From a bacterium (GTDB lineage: Bacteria; JAAXHH01), in NCBI GenBank assembly GCA_963693015.1, contig OY843748.1, positions 3,200,395 to 3,264,394 on the forward strand: DNA of 64,000 nt. Direction: 5' to 3'. The notes under the pieces were generated by a model that saw only the letters and a program-made list of their open reading frames with translations, was not told the origin of the DNA and made no database searches. This document shows positions 43,433 to 54,233 of this stretch, piece after piece. Each line of letters opens with the position of its first letter. Within the stretch, counting starts at the first letter, position 1. Position numbers and translations under genes: made by a program.

Positions 43433-44364
43433 TTCAGTTCCACCTCTATCGTACCGAGCGTCGTGTAGCTCATCACGGCCTTGCTGCCCGCGCCCATGCG
43501 GGGCGGAGGAAAGACCGTGCCCGTGATCACCACGTCTCCGGCCCGAAGGTATTCGTCGCTGTAGGTGGTCAGCTCGTTGGCCAGCCAGGTCAGCGCTTCC
43601 AGGGGATCGACGCCCATGTTCATCGTGGCCAGCGCGGAGGCCCTTTCCTCGCCGTCGATCTCCACCGTCGCGGTTTCATTCGTGAAGTCCATCTCCGCCA
43701 GCGGCACGCGCGTCTCGCCCAGGATGATGCCCACGTGGAACACGTTGCCCGTGACGTCATGGTCACGGGTGGATGGAGTTTCCTCCGTGCCGCTGGTCCA
43801 GGAGGAAAGCAGTTCGATCACGCCGCCCACCGCGGTGACCGCATCGCCCACCTGCTCGCGGGTCAAATCGGGACCGGGGAGATCCTCGCCGATCCAGAAG
43901 ACGAACTCGCCCTCGACGACCGCCGTGTCCGCCACGAAGGAGGCTGCCTCCACGGGCGTTCCGGGCTCGAACACGTTCGACGCCATGATGTGGCCGTAAA
44001 TGGGATCCAGCGTGGCCGGATCCTCGGGCATGCGGGAGAAGCCGATCTTCCACCCGATGCGTTCTTCGGACTTGAGCTTCTCGGCCAGGATGTCCGCCTG
44101 GATGTCGTAGGCGGTCTGGCGGTCCAGATCGGGGAAATTGACCGCCATGGCCTCGGTGTTGATCTTCTTCCCTTCGGCTTCCAGCAGATGGGCGACGATG
44201 GCGGTCCGGTCGGAGTCGGGCGTGAGGGTGGTGGTGAGGAATTCGGCATCGCCTGCCGTTTCGGCGTCGGATGCCATGTCTGTCGATTGCTCTTCGGTGG
44301 TGCCGCAGGCGACCGACGCCGCCAGGCATAGACCTGCCAGAAGTTTCCACGGACTACCTTGCAT
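43429..44364 (-). CDS. 2-keto-4-pentenoate hydratase / FAH-like hydratase-decarboxylase family protein with lipoprotein-type signal
   Basis: MhpD/HpaH-like C-terminal region. N-terminal LAGLCLAASVACG lipobox. Confidence 0.6.
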   Translation of the reverse strand: MQGSPWKLLAGLCLAASVACGTTEEQSTDMASDAETAGDAEFLTTTLTPDSDRTAIVAHLLEAEGKKINTEAMAVNFPDLDRQTAYDIQADILAEKLKSEERIGWKIGFSRMPEDPATLDPIYGHIMASNVFEPGTPVEAASFVADTAVVEGEFVFWIGEDLPGPDLTREQVGDAVTAVGGVIELLSSWTSGTEETPSTRDHDVTGNVFHVGIILGETRVPLAEMDFTNETATVEIDGEERASALATMNMGVDPLEALTWLANELTTYSDEYLRAGDVVITGTVFPPPRMGAGSKAVMSYTTLGTIEVELK

Positions 44365-44569
44365 GCTGTTGATCCTCCGGATATGTCAAACTGTATGGAA
44401 TTGGGGCTGATCGCTGATTCGAGGTTCACGGGTAGTTTATACATAACATACCGCCTGTCAAGTCTTTACCCTTGATTCACGGACTGTCAAAAGGTACTAT
44501 TCCACTCATGCTTTCTCGGTGACCGCACCACGACCGCGACCCGTCAATACAACCCGCAAGGAGCGATCC

Positions 44570-45637
44570 ATGTCCCCCGATGATCACCTCGTTTCGCTGC
44601 TCCAGGAACTCGTTTACGCACGGGGGCCGTCAGGCCAGGAAGACGAGGTGCGGGCGGTCTGCGAACGGGAACTCCGATCCCTTTGCGACGAGACTTGGGT
44701 AGACGCCGCGGGCAACGTCATCGGCCTGTTGAAGGGGACCTCGCCGGACGCCCCGGTGATCCGCGTCATGGCCCATCTGGACGAACTGGCCCTGGTCGTC
44801 AAGCGCGTCAACGAGGACGGCACGCTCCGGGTGAATCCCCTCGGGGGCATCTATCCGGCGAATTACGGGCAGGGGCCCGTCGAGATCCTGGCGGACAGTG
44901 GCATCATGCCCGGCGTCCTGTCCGTCGGGCCGCAGCACACGACGGCCGATTCCGCGCGGATATGGGAGACCAAGATCAGGGGCGGCAACGTGGCCATGGA
45001 CTGGAATCACGTGTACGTGTTCACGCGTATGACGGCTGCGCAGCTGCAGGCGGCGGGTGTGCATGCAGGCACCCGCGTGGTCATTGCCCGTTCGCGGCGC
45101 GCCTTCTGGGAAATCGAAGACTGCATCGGCGGGTACTTCATGGACAACCGGGCGGCCATCGCCATCGCCGTCGGGGCGGCCGCGCGCATGAAGGACCAGG
45201 GCGTCCGGCCCGCGGGCGACGCCTACCTGGTGATGACCACCTGCGAGGAGATCGGCGGCCACGGCGCCGCGTACGCCGCGCGGACCCTGCCCGGCGACGT
45301 ATCCCTGGCCGTGGACTCCGGGCCGGCCTGCGAGGAGTACGGCGTGGAACTCAACGACCAGCCCGTCGTCGTCTACGGCGACGTCCAGGGACTCTACGAC
45401 AAGTCCATCGCCGACCGCCTGCTGGCGTGCGGCAGGGAACTGGGCATGGAACCCCAGTGCGCGTACTGGCAGAGCTACGCTTCGGACGCGTCCATGGCCA
45501 AGGCCGTGGGACAGACCCCCCGGGCCGGGCTGCTGTGCATCCCCACGGAGAACACCCACGGTTACGAGATCATACCCCGCAACGGGCTGTACCGCTGCGT
45601 CGAACTGCTGGCGGCCTACCTTGAAAAACCGGAGTAA
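44570..45637 (+). CDS. M42-family metallopeptidase (glutamyl aminopeptidase / endoglucanase-like)
   Basis: Start MSPDDH after AAGGAG. M42-type motifs (MAHLDELALVV, CEEIGGHGA). Confidence 0.8.
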   Translation: MSPDDHLVSLLQELVYARGPSGQEDEVRAVCERELRSLCDETWVDAAGNVIGLLKGTSPDAPVIRVMAHLDELALVVKRVNEDGTLRVNPLGGIYPANYGQGPVEILADSGIMPGVLSVGPQHTTADSARIWETKIRGGNVAMDWNHVYVFTRMTAAQLQAAGVHAGTRVVIARSRRAFWEIEDCIGGYFMDNRAAIAIAVGAAARMKDQGVRPAGDAYLVMTTCEEIGGHGAAYAARTLPGDVSLAVDSGPACEEYGVELNDQPVVVYGDVQGLYDKSIADRLLACGRELGMEPQCAYWQSYASDASMAKAVGQTPRAGLLCIPTENTHGYEIIPRNGLYRCVELLAAYLEKPE

Positions 45638-45695
45638 CTGAGCAGAGCGGAGTTATTTGGCAGACCGGAGTAACTGAGCAGAGCGGAGGAACTTC

Positions 45696-46961
45696 ATGCC
45701 CCTGAAAGTCACCAATGTGGAACGATTCACCGTCAATGTGCCGTTCACGCAGGGACAGCGGCCCATGGCGGAGCGGACGGTATACAACTGGTCCGTCTTC
45801 GAGCTGTGCAAGGTCACCACCGACGCCGGCCTCGTGGGCTGGGGCGAGACCATCGTCCACTACATCCACGCGCGGGTGACCGACCGGAGCGTCGAGCGCG
45901 TCATGGGAAGGAGCCCGGCGGACTTCATGCAGGACGATACGATCGGCGCCGGGTTGCAGATGGCCCTGTACGACGTGGTGGGCAAGGCGCTCGAGGTCCC
46001 GTGCCACAAGCTCCTGGGCAACAAGGTGCGCGACTGGGTGCCGATTTCGTGGTGGTCGAACGAGGGGCCGCCGGACGACTGGGTTCGCCAGGTCCGGGAC
46101 GCCGTGGAAAACGGATACACGACCATCAAATTGAAGCAGCGGCCCTGGCATGATATCCACGAACAGATGACGGCGATAGACGCGAGCGTGCCGCGCCACT
46201 TCCGGGTGGACCTCGACGCCAACGGTTCCATGCACAACGCGGCGGCGGCCATGCCCGTCATGCGACGCCTGGAGCGGTTCGACGTCGTGGCCATGTTCGA
46301 GACGCCCATACCGCAACCCGACATCCTGGGGAACCGGCAGTTGCGGCAGGTCGTCAGCCGCCCCATCGCCATGCATTTCGGCTCGCCGCCTTATACCACC
46401 GCGATCCGCGAAGGGGTCTGCGACGGTTTCGTCGTCAGCGGCGGCGCCACGCGGGTGATGTACCAGGGCATCCTCAGCGCGGAAGCCAACATGCCCTTCT
46501 GGCTCCAGATGGTGGGCAACGGGCTCACCACCACCTGGGCCGCCCATCTCGGCGCCGTGCTGACCCACGCCACATGGCCCGCCATCACCTGCATCAACCT
46601 GTACCGCAACCACCTGCTGAAGCACCCTATCGAGGTCGTGGGCGGCTTCCACCGCGTGCCCGACGGACCGGGCTTGGGCGTCGAAGTGGATGAGGAGGCC
46701 ATGCACGGCTTCCTCGTGCCCGACGACGTGATGAGGCCCTTCCGCGACCGGGACGAGCCGTACGACTTCCCGAAACCCCGCTTCATCCGCACGGCAGTCT
46801 ATCCCGACGGCCGCCGCGTCCACTTCTCGAACATCCGCCACGGGTGGCAGTTGGAGGCCTACACGCCCGGGGTCCGCACGGAGTACTGGCGGGAGGACGG
46901 CACCGATGGTTTCGAAGACCTGTGGAACCGTACGCAGGACCGGCCCGTATCCGAGGGTTGA
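45696..46961 (+). CDS. Enolase-superfamily (MR/MLE) dehydratase-like enzyme
   Basis: 421 aa. Capping domain then barrel with metal-ligand D/E/D spacing. Confidence 0.75.
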   Translation: MPLKVTNVERFTVNVPFTQGQRPMAERTVYNWSVFELCKVTTDAGLVGWGETIVHYIHARVTDRSVERVMGRSPADFMQDDTIGAGLQMALYDVVGKALEVPCHKLLGNKVRDWVPISWWSNEGPPDDWVRQVRDAVENGYTTIKLKQRPWHDIHEQMTAIDASVPRHFRVDLDANGSMHNAAAAMPVMRRLERFDVVAMFETPIPQPDILGNRQLRQVVSRPIAMHFGSPPYTTAIREGVCDGFVVSGGATRVMYQGILSAEANMPFWLQMVGNGLTTTWAAHLGAVLTHATWPAITCINLYRNHLLKHPIEVVGGFHRVPDGPGLGVEVDEEAMHGFLVPDDVMRPFRDRDEPYDFPKPRFIRTAVYPDGRRVHFSNIRHGWQLEAYTPGVRTEYWREDGTDGFEDLWNRTQDRPVSEG

Positions 46962-47117
46962 GGGAGGGGAACGCCGGACACGGAACGAGCGGTGAGGACC
47001 GGAGGACGTAAACGCGAATCAGGCAACGATGACCCGGCGAGAATCCGAGCATTCCGAAGACATCCGGGCATCCCGCAGACAGTTGAAGAAGGAAAACCAG
47101 AAAACCGGAGCAGAACC

Positions 47118-47867
47118 ATGAGACTGGCAGACAAGACGGCGATCGTAACCGGCGCGGCCTCGGGCATAGGGCGCGGCACCGCGGAGAAGATGGCGCGGGA
47201 AGGCGCCCGGGTCGTGGCCGTGGACATCAACGAAGTGGGGCTGGAGCAGACGGTCGAATCGATCCGCCGGGAAGGATGGGCGGCGACGGCGTGCGTCGCC
47301 GACGTGGGCCGGGACGAACAGGTCCAGCGCATGGTCCAGTGCGCCGTCGACACGTACGGCGGACTCGACGTCCTGCACAACAACGCCTACTGGCACGCGC
47401 CCGGGCCGATCTGCGACCTGGCGGAGGCCGACTGGGACCGGACGCTGGACGTCTGCCTGAAGGCGCTTTACCTGGGCTGCAGGCACGCCATCCCGGTCAT
47501 GAAGGAATCGGGCGGCGGGGCCATCGTCAATACGGCGTCGGTGCACAGCCTGGTGGGGTTTCGGGATTACGCCGCCTACGACGCGGCAAAGGGCGGTGTC
47601 ATCGGGATCACCCGGTCCGTCGCGGTGGACTACGGACCGGAAATCCGCAGCAACGCGGTGCTGCCCGGCGCCATACTGACGCACGCCTGGGACGGCCTCG
47701 ACGAGTCGATACGCAAGCCCTATACCGACCGGCCGCCCATGAAGCGGCTCGGGCTGCCGGAAGACATCGCCGCGGCCGTGGTGTTTCTCGCGTCCGACGA
47801 AGCGTCCTTCATTACCGGCGCCAGTCTGGTGGTCGACGGCGGACTGACCATCGTCGGGGACGCGTAG
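47118..47867 (+). CDS. SDR-family oxidoreductase
   Basis: TGAASGIGRG (a TGxxxGIG motif) and YAAYDAAK catalytic Y-x3-K. Confidence 0.9.
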   Translation: MRLADKTAIVTGAASGIGRGTAEKMAREGARVVAVDINEVGLEQTVESIRREGWAATACVADVGRDEQVQRMVQCAVDTYGGLDVLHNNAYWHAPGPICDLAEADWDRTLDVCLKALYLGCRHAIPVMKESGGGAIVNTASVHSLVGFRDYAAYDAAKGGVIGITRSVAVDYGPEIRSNAVLPGAILTHAWDGLDESIRKPYTDRPPMKRLGLPEDIAAAVVFLASDEASFITGASLVVDGGLTIVGDA

Positions 47868-48081
47868 CGACATGGGAACCGCGACAGCATAAAGTACACG
47901 TATCAGGCGTGCCCGTTTCGACTGTAATTAGGTAGTAACGATAATCCGAGACCATTTCCACGAAGCCGGATGGGTCCGGACCGAACGCCGCCGCCAGGCC
48001 GATGATAACCGCGCACCGCTTGAACCGGCCAGGCCGGTCATAACCGCGCACCGCGTGAGCCGGCCAACCCACTTGAACGCG

Positions 48082-49464
48082 ATGAGTGTTTCCGATACAT
48101 CGAAACAATCGGTCCGTGGTCCGGAACCCGTCATCCATCCTTCCTCGGGAAGCGTGAACCGCGTATGGCTGCTGGCCTATCCCATCATCCTGGCCAACAT
48201 GTCCGAGACCCTGCTCGGCGTGGTCGACACCTACATGGTCGGCCAACTCGGCGTGGCCGAGATCGGCGCGGTGGGCCTCGGGTCCATGCTCGCCTGGCTC
48301 TTCTACCTGCCCGTGCTGGGTCTGGCGATGGGGTTGAACACCTTCGTGGCCCAGAGCTATGGCGCCGGCAACAGGAAGGACTGCGGGTACATGACCTGGC
48401 AGGGGCTGTACCTGGCTCTGGCCAGCGGCGCTCTGATCCTGCTCGTCATCCCTTTCGTTCCCGTCCTCTTCGACCTTGCGGGGCCCTCGGCCGAAGTGCG
48501 CCGCCTCGGCGTCACCTACCTGCAGTGGCGCCTGATCGACGGGCCGGCCTTCATGATCGCCATGACCGCGGCCAGCTTCTTCCGCGGGATCGGGGATACG
48601 AAGACGCCGATGAAGATCGGCATCGCCATCAACGTCATCAACGTCATCCTGAACTACGGGTTGATATACGGCCATTTCGGCCTCCCGCGCCTGGAGGTGC
48701 AGGGCTCGGCGCTGGGCTCGGCGCTGTCCGGCATCATCGGCGGCGGGATCTACCTGGCCCTGTTCCTGTCGAAACGCCTGCGGCCCTATGCCAACCGGAC
48801 GATCGCGAAACCCAGGTGGCTCGACTTCGTGCGCCTCTTCAGGGTCGGTGCGCCCATCGGCCTGCAGCGGTTTCTCGACATCGGCAGCTTCGTCATATTC
48901 GCGGCCATCATAGGCCGGCTGGGCAACGCCCAGCTTGCCGCCAACCAGATCGCCATCCAGCTGATGTCCATCTCCTACATGATCGGCCTGGGCATCGGCA
49001 TGGCCGCTTCCACCCTCGTGGGCCAGTACATCGGTGCGAGGCGCCTCGAACTGGCGGAACGCAGCGCCTACAGCGCGCTGAAGCTGGCGATGGGGATCAT
49101 GGTTTTCGTCGGCCTGGCGTTCCTGCTGTTTCCCGAACCGCTGATCACCCTGTTCAACGACGACCCCGCCGTCGTCCGCTTCGGCAGGCAGGGACTCCTG
49201 TACGCGGCGTTCTTCCAGGCCTTCGACGCCCTCGCGGTCATCTTCATCGGCGCCCTGCGCGGCGCCGGCGACACCCGGTGGTCCGCCGTGGCCGCCTTCA
49301 TCGGGGCGTGGATCATCTTCCTTCCGCTGACCTACCTGCTCGCCTTCACGATGGGCCTCGATTTCTGGGGCGCCTGGCTGAGCGCGACCATCTACATCTG
49401 CCTCCTCGGCATCGCCTGCGTCTACCGGTTCCGGCAGGGCGCCTGGAAGAAGATGATCATCTGA
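48082..49464 (+). CDS. MATE-family efflux transporter
   Basis: 12-TM product with MATE N-terminal motif (PIILANMSETLLGVVDTYMVGQLG). The start is one of several candidates; the ORF is open from 48055. Confidence 0.85.
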   Translation: MSVSDTSKQSVRGPEPVIHPSSGSVNRVWLLAYPIILANMSETLLGVVDTYMVGQLGVAEIGAVGLGSMLAWLFYLPVLGLAMGLNTFVAQSYGAGNRKDCGYMTWQGLYLALASGALILLVIPFVPVLFDLAGPSAEVRRLGVTYLQWRLIDGPAFMIAMTAASFFRGIGDTKTPMKIGIAINVINVILNYGLIYGHFGLPRLEVQGSALGSALSGIIGGGIYLALFLSKRLRPYANRTIAKPRWLDFVRLFRVGAPIGLQRFLDIGSFVIFAAIIGRLGNAQLAANQIAIQLMSISYMIGLGIGMAASTLVGQYIGARRLELAERSAYSALKLAMGIMVFVGLAFLLFPEPLITLFNDDPAVVRFGRQGLLYAAFFQAFDALAVIFIGALRGAGDTRWSAVAAFIGAWIIFLPLTYLLAFTMGLDFWGAWLSATIYICLLGIACVYRFRQGAWKKMII

Positions 49465-49523
49465 CCGTTCGTTTTCGAGCAAGGGACGGTGATTAAACAG
49501 GAACGCGGTTTTCCAACAAGGAA

Positions 49524-50594
49524 ATGGAGTATTTCGTGTCCAATAAGAAGAGATGCCTGATGATCGGCGGAGGCGGGATGGCCGGCGCATGGATACGCCG
49601 TTTCTATCCCCCGTTCCATGACCGCCACGAGATCGTCGCCCTGGTGGACATCAACGCGGAGACACTCCGCGACGCGGGGGACTTTCTCGGCCTGCCCCGC
49701 AGCCGGAGGTATACGGACATGGAGACCGCCTTCGGGGAGGTGGAAGCGGACTACTGCACGGTCGTCATTCCCCCCGCCGTGCACCGGGACGCCGTTTTGC
49801 TGGCGGTGGAGAGGAAACTGGACATATTGAGCGAAAAACCGATTGCCGACACGTGGCCCGCGTGCGTAGATATATACAGGGCGGTCACGGAGGCCGGCCT
49901 GAAGATGCACGTGATACAGAACTACCGCTATTCCAGCCGCATGCTGACCATGCGGAAGGTGTTGCGGGACGGAGAACTCGGGCGAATCAACTACATCCAG
50001 GGGCGTTTTGCCGCGGACTACCGCGAATACGGCGCCTGGGGCGCTTTCCGCCATGAAATACCGCATACCCTGCTCGTGGAAGGCGCCGTGCATCACTTTG
50101 ACATGATGCGGAATCTGTCGGGGGGAGACTGCAGGACGATCGCCGGATGGGAGTGGAACCGGCCGTGGAGCAGTTTCCAGGGGGACTGTTGCGCCATGTA
50201 CGTGATGGACATGACCAACGGGGTGAAGGCGGCCTACGAGGGCTCCTGCCTGGGCGCCGCCGAGCAGAACAGCTGGCACGGGGAATCCTACCGGGCGGAA
50301 TGCGAGGATGGAGCCGTCGCCATTGGAAACGACAACGTGACGCGTATTTACCGGCACGCGCCGGGCAACGGGGTTCGGACCGAAGAAGTACGACCCGTCG
50401 TACCGGAATACGACGGTCATCAGTGGCAGATCAACGAATTTTTGGAATGGCTCGATGGGGGGCCAGCGCCCGATACCTGCCTGGAACGCAACATCCGGAG
50501 CGTGGCCATGGTCTTCGCCGCCATCGAAGCTTCGAGAACGGGGACCGCCGTCGACGTGGAGAATATGGTTGAACCAGTCGTAAACGCCGCCTGA
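49524..50594 (+). CDS. Gfo/Idh/MocA-family oxidoreductase
   Basis: N-terminal Rossmann LMIGGGGMAGAW and a C-terminal alpha/beta domain. Confidence 0.8.
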   Translation: MEYFVSNKKRCLMIGGGGMAGAWIRRFYPPFHDRHEIVALVDINAETLRDAGDFLGLPRSRRYTDMETAFGEVEADYCTVVIPPAVHRDAVLLAVERKLDILSEKPIADTWPACVDIYRAVTEAGLKMHVIQNYRYSSRMLTMRKVLRDGELGRINYIQGRFAADYREYGAWGAFRHEIPHTLLVEGAVHHFDMMRNLSGGDCRTIAGWEWNRPWSSFQGDCCAMYVMDMTNGVKAAYEGSCLGAAEQNSWHGESYRAECEDGAVAIGNDNVTRIYRHAPGNGVRTEEVRPVVPEYDGHQWQINEFLEWLDGGPAPDTCLERNIRSVAMVFAAIEASRTGTAVDVENMVEPVVNAA

Positions 50595-50670
50595 GAATCA
50601 GGTGGCCGGCGACGCCTGGAAGGTACCGATGGCCGGCGCCGCCTGAGAGAGGAGTAGGTTACCAGGACTT

Positions 50671-51897
50671 ATGCCGAATCTGAAAATCCCATTTATCGAC
50701 GCTTTCCTGAGGTTGCAATCCTCCAGCGGCATCCTGCTGATGCTGGCCACCGCACTGGCGATGGTATTCGCGAACTCCTTTCTCGAACCACTCTACCACT
50801 ACTTGCTGGAAATCCCCATCCAGATCCACATCGCCGCGCTGGACATCAACAAACCGCTGCTGCTCTGGATCAACGACGGCCTGATGACCATCTTCTTCTT
50901 CCTCGTGGGCCTTGAGTTGAAGCGCGAGTTCCTCGAGGGAGAGCTTTCCAACCGCCGGAACATCATCCTGCCCGGTGTCGGCGCCATCGGCGGCATGGTG
51001 ATCCCCGCGCTGATCTATCTGGTCTTAAACAGCGACGACCCCTCCACCTGGCGGGGCTGGGCCGTTCCGGTCGCAACGGACATCGCCTTCACCCTGGGCG
51101 TGCTGACCCTCCTCGGTACGCGCGTGCCCATCTCGATCAAGGTCTTTCTGACCTCGCTGGCCATCCTGGACGACATCGGGGCGATCGTGATCATCGCGGT
51201 GTTCTACACGGCGGAAATATCGGTGACGGCCCTGCTGGTGGCCGCGGGCTGCGTGCTTGTGCTGGTCTTTCTCAACAACCGGAACTGGGTCTCCCACAGT
51301 TCCTACATGATGGTCGGCGTAGTCCTGTGGATCGCCCTGTTGAAATCCGGAGTGCACGCGACGCTGGCCGGCGTGATCCTGGCCGCATTCATCCCCATGC
51401 GGTCCAGGACCGATCCCGACGTCTCGCCGCTCAAGGTCCTGGAGCACGATCTGCATACCGTCGTGGCCTTCGTCATCCTCCCGGTGTTCGCTTTCGCCAA
51501 CGCCGGGATCAATTTCGAGGGCATTACGGCCGAACAGGTATTTCACGGTGTCCCGGTCGGGGTGGCGCTGGGGTTGTTTCTGGGTAAGCAGATCGGCATT
51601 TTCGGCCTCTGCTGGCTCTCTATCAGATTCAAGCTGGCCAGCCTGCCCACCGGCATGTCCTGGTCTGGTCTCTACGGCGCCAGCGCCTTGTGCGGCATCG
51701 GGTTTACCATGAGCCTCTTCATCGGTTCGCTCGCTTTTGGCGACACCGATATGCACGGGATGTTCGACGAACGGCTGGGCATCATCGTGGGATCGCTGCT
51801 GTCGGGCGTGCTGGGCTACGTCGTCCTGCGATACAGCCTGCCGCCTGCGGAGGAAAAGGTCGAGCCTGTCGAGGCCGAAGTGGAGCGGGTGGTTTGA
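50671..51897 (+). CDS. nhaA: Na+/H+ antiporter NhaA
   Basis: NhaA-type sequence throughout (WINDGLMTIFFFLVGLELKRE, DIGAIVII). Confidence 0.92.
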   Translation: MPNLKIPFIDAFLRLQSSSGILLMLATALAMVFANSFLEPLYHYLLEIPIQIHIAALDINKPLLLWINDGLMTIFFFLVGLELKREFLEGELSNRRNIILPGVGAIGGMVIPALIYLVLNSDDPSTWRGWAVPVATDIAFTLGVLTLLGTRVPISIKVFLTSLAILDDIGAIVIIAVFYTAEISVTALLVAAGCVLVLVFLNNRNWVSHSSYMMVGVVLWIALLKSGVHATLAGVILAAFIPMRSRTDPDVSPLKVLEHDLHTVVAFVILPVFAFANAGINFEGITAEQVFHGVPVGVALGLFLGKQIGIFGLCWLSIRFKLASLPTGMSWSGLYGASALCGIGFTMSLFIGSLAFGDTDMHGMFDERLGIIVGSLLSGVLGYVVLRYSLPPAEEKVEPVEAEVERVV

Positions 51898-52025
51898 GGT
51901 GCTAGATAGATCCAGAGGTTACATACTGTTTCAAGTATAGTGCACAACATAGAGAAGCCGGCGGCGTCTACATGTTTTGACTTCAAAGTTGATATCCGTC
52001 GCACAACAGATCGATATCGTGTGAA

Positions 52026-54233
52026 ATGATAGAAAAACAATTCGATGTGCCCTTTATTGCGAACTTGGCACTAAGAGAAAAACAGATTCAGCAGAACTAC
52101 CGCCCCGTCATCGCCGTCCACAAGTGGTTTGCTCGCCGTCCTGGTACGCTCTTCCGAGGACTTTTGCTATCCGAATTCGTAGACAAGCCTCTAAAAGAAG
52201 CTTTTTACAAAGCAAACGATCTTGCAGGTCGTAATGTCGCCGATCCATTCATGGGTGGCGGTACGCCTATCCTGGAAGCCAATCGTATCGGTTGCAATGT
52301 CACAGGATTCGACATTAACCCAATGTCGTACTGGATCGTTAAGCAGGAAATCGAACCTCTGGATCTTTCGTCCTATGCAGAAGCAACGGAGTCCCTTCGT
52401 GCCAAATTGGAAAAAGAAATCGGACCGCTATACAGAACGCGATGTACTCTTTGTGGGTCAGATTCTGCCCATTTAAAATATGCTCTCTGGGTGAAAGTTA
52501 TACCCTGTAACAAGTGTGGAGAAGATGTGGAATTGTATCCCGGTTACCTGCTTTCCACAAACTCCAGGCATCCCCAAAACGTCTTTATATGTTCCTCTTG
52601 CGGGGAACTTACTGAGACCAGCGATCGAAGAGCACCCGGTCGCTGTAGCAGTTGTGCTGAGCAACTGACATCGATTGGTCGCGCAAAACGTAACCGATGT
52701 AGATGTTCGTCCTGTGGTTTCGAAAATCGTTATCCCGACAGTCGTCACGGTCCACCAAAACACAATCTTTTTGCTATTGAGTATCATTGTCCAAGGTGCA
52801 AACCATCCCACGTTGGCAGGTTCTTCAAGAAACCTGACAATGAAGATTTAGAACGGATTAAGACAGCTCAAGCACGTTGGTCAAATACACAGTCCAGATT
52901 TGTTCCTGACGATAAGATTCCAAGTGGAGACGAGTCGAGTCGCCTACACCGATGGGGTTACACTCATTATCGTGATATGTTTAATAGCCGACAACTACTG
53001 GGCTTGGAGTTATCCGCCACCATAATCTCAAATACGCCCGACGAACGAATACGCGACGCACTGGCAACAAATCTATCCGACTTGCTCAGATACCAGAATA
53101 TGTTGTGCCGTTACGATACGATGGCGTTGAAATCATTGGACATTTTCTCCGTACACGGTTTTCCAGTTGGTCTTATTCAATGCGAATCGAATTTTCTGGG
53201 GATCATGCCCCCGGGACGTAATACCTGTTTGGGCAGTGGAGGTTGGGCCAACATCATCGAGAAGTTCAAGAAAGCGAAATCTTACTGCGACCATCCATTT
53301 GAAGTCAGATACGAGGGCCGATCAAAGAAGATCGTTCCGGTAAACGGCGAATGGATCGGAGGTCGTTCCGATGTAGGCGACGACCAATCCTCACGTAGAA
53401 TCGATATTTCGTGCAAAGATGCGTCATCGTCCAAACTGCCCAACGCTTCATTGGATGCGGTAGTCACCGATCCTCCCTATTTTGACAATGTCCAGTACGC
53501 CGAACTTATGGATTTTTGTTATGTCTGGTTAAGGAAACTAGTGGGAGAAACCTCAAAAGCATTCAACGCCGCTTCGACACGCTCACCAGATGAGTTGACC
53601 GGCAATGTAGACATGGGACGTGGGATCGACCATTTCACTGAAGGGCTGTCTGCCGTTTTCCAGCATATGGGGAAGGCACTGAAACCCGAGTCTCCCATGG
53701 CGTTTACTTACCACCATAATGAGATCGAAGCATACTATCCCGTAGCCGTGGCTATCCTTGATGCCGGACTGACCTGTTCGGCTTCACTTCCTTGTCCGGC
53801 CGAAATGGGTGCTTCCATACATATTAACGCCACCGGCTCCTCAGTTGTCGATACGATATTTGTGTGCCGAAAAAAGGGGTCCATGCAACGGAGGTGGCTG
53901 GCGGACTCGCCTGATGAATTAGCACGCATTGTGAAGGAAGACTTGAACCAACTAACCCTTGGAAACTTCAATCCGACAAATGGCGATATAAAATGTATCG
54001 CGTACGGGCACTTGATCCGATTGGCTATCTGGAATCTGCGCAACGAGTGGAACAAACACGATTCAACGGTAAAGCGGATTGCAAAAGTAGCGGATTGGTT
54101 TCATAGTTTTGGTGGCGGGGCGGTTATTGAAAAATGCATAGAAAACATAGGAACCACTGAAGAACTTACTTTGTTTTCAGTGCATGAAACCACAACGGAG
54201 TATGGAAGCGAGATGGTCGATGTACCCTTTTGA
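52026..54233 (+). CDS. DUF1156-type DNA methyltransferase (N6A/N4C class with DPPY motif and Cys-rich Zn-ribbon insertions)
   Basis: N-terminal ADPFMGGGTPILEA (an FxGxG-like SAM motif), multiple CxxC pairs, then VVTDPPYFDNVQYAELMDF (motif IV). Low GC (roughly 40-45%). Confidence 0.75.
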   Translation: MIEKQFDVPFIANLALREKQIQQNYRPVIAVHKWFARRPGTLFRGLLLSEFVDKPLKEAFYKANDLAGRNVADPFMGGGTPILEANRIGCNVTGFDINPMSYWIVKQEIEPLDLSSYAEATESLRAKLEKEIGPLYRTRCTLCGSDSAHLKYALWVKVIPCNKCGEDVELYPGYLLSTNSRHPQNVFICSSCGELTETSDRRAPGRCSSCAEQLTSIGRAKRNRCRCSSCGFENRYPDSRHGPPKHNLFAIEYHCPRCKPSHVGRFFKKPDNEDLERIKTAQARWSNTQSRFVPDDKIPSGDESSRLHRWGYTHYRDMFNSRQLLGLELSATIISNTPDERIRDALATNLSDLLRYQNMLCRYDTMALKSLDIFSVHGFPVGLIQCESNFLGIMPPGRNTCLGSGGWANIIEKFKKAKSYCDHPFEVRYEGRSKKIVPVNGEWIGGRSDVGDDQSSRRIDISCKDASSSKLPNASLDAVVTDPPYFDNVQYAELMDFCYVWLRKLVGETSKAFNAASTRSPDELTGNVDMGRGIDHFTEGLSAVFQHMGKALKPESPMAFTYHHNEIEAYYPVAVAILDAGLTCSASLPCPAEMGASIHINATGSSVVDTIFVCRKKGSMQRRWLADSPDELARIVKEDLNQLTLGNFNPTNGDIKCIAYGHLIRLAIWNLRNEWNKHDSTVKRIAKVADWFHSFGGGAVIEKCIENIGTTEELTLFSVHETTTEYGSEMVDVPF

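Noticed and set aside
43429-44444. Several overlapping 190-200-aa ORFs on both strands across the hydratase gene
   Set aside because: Alternative frames. Only the frame giving the FAH/MhpD-like product has recognisable conservation.
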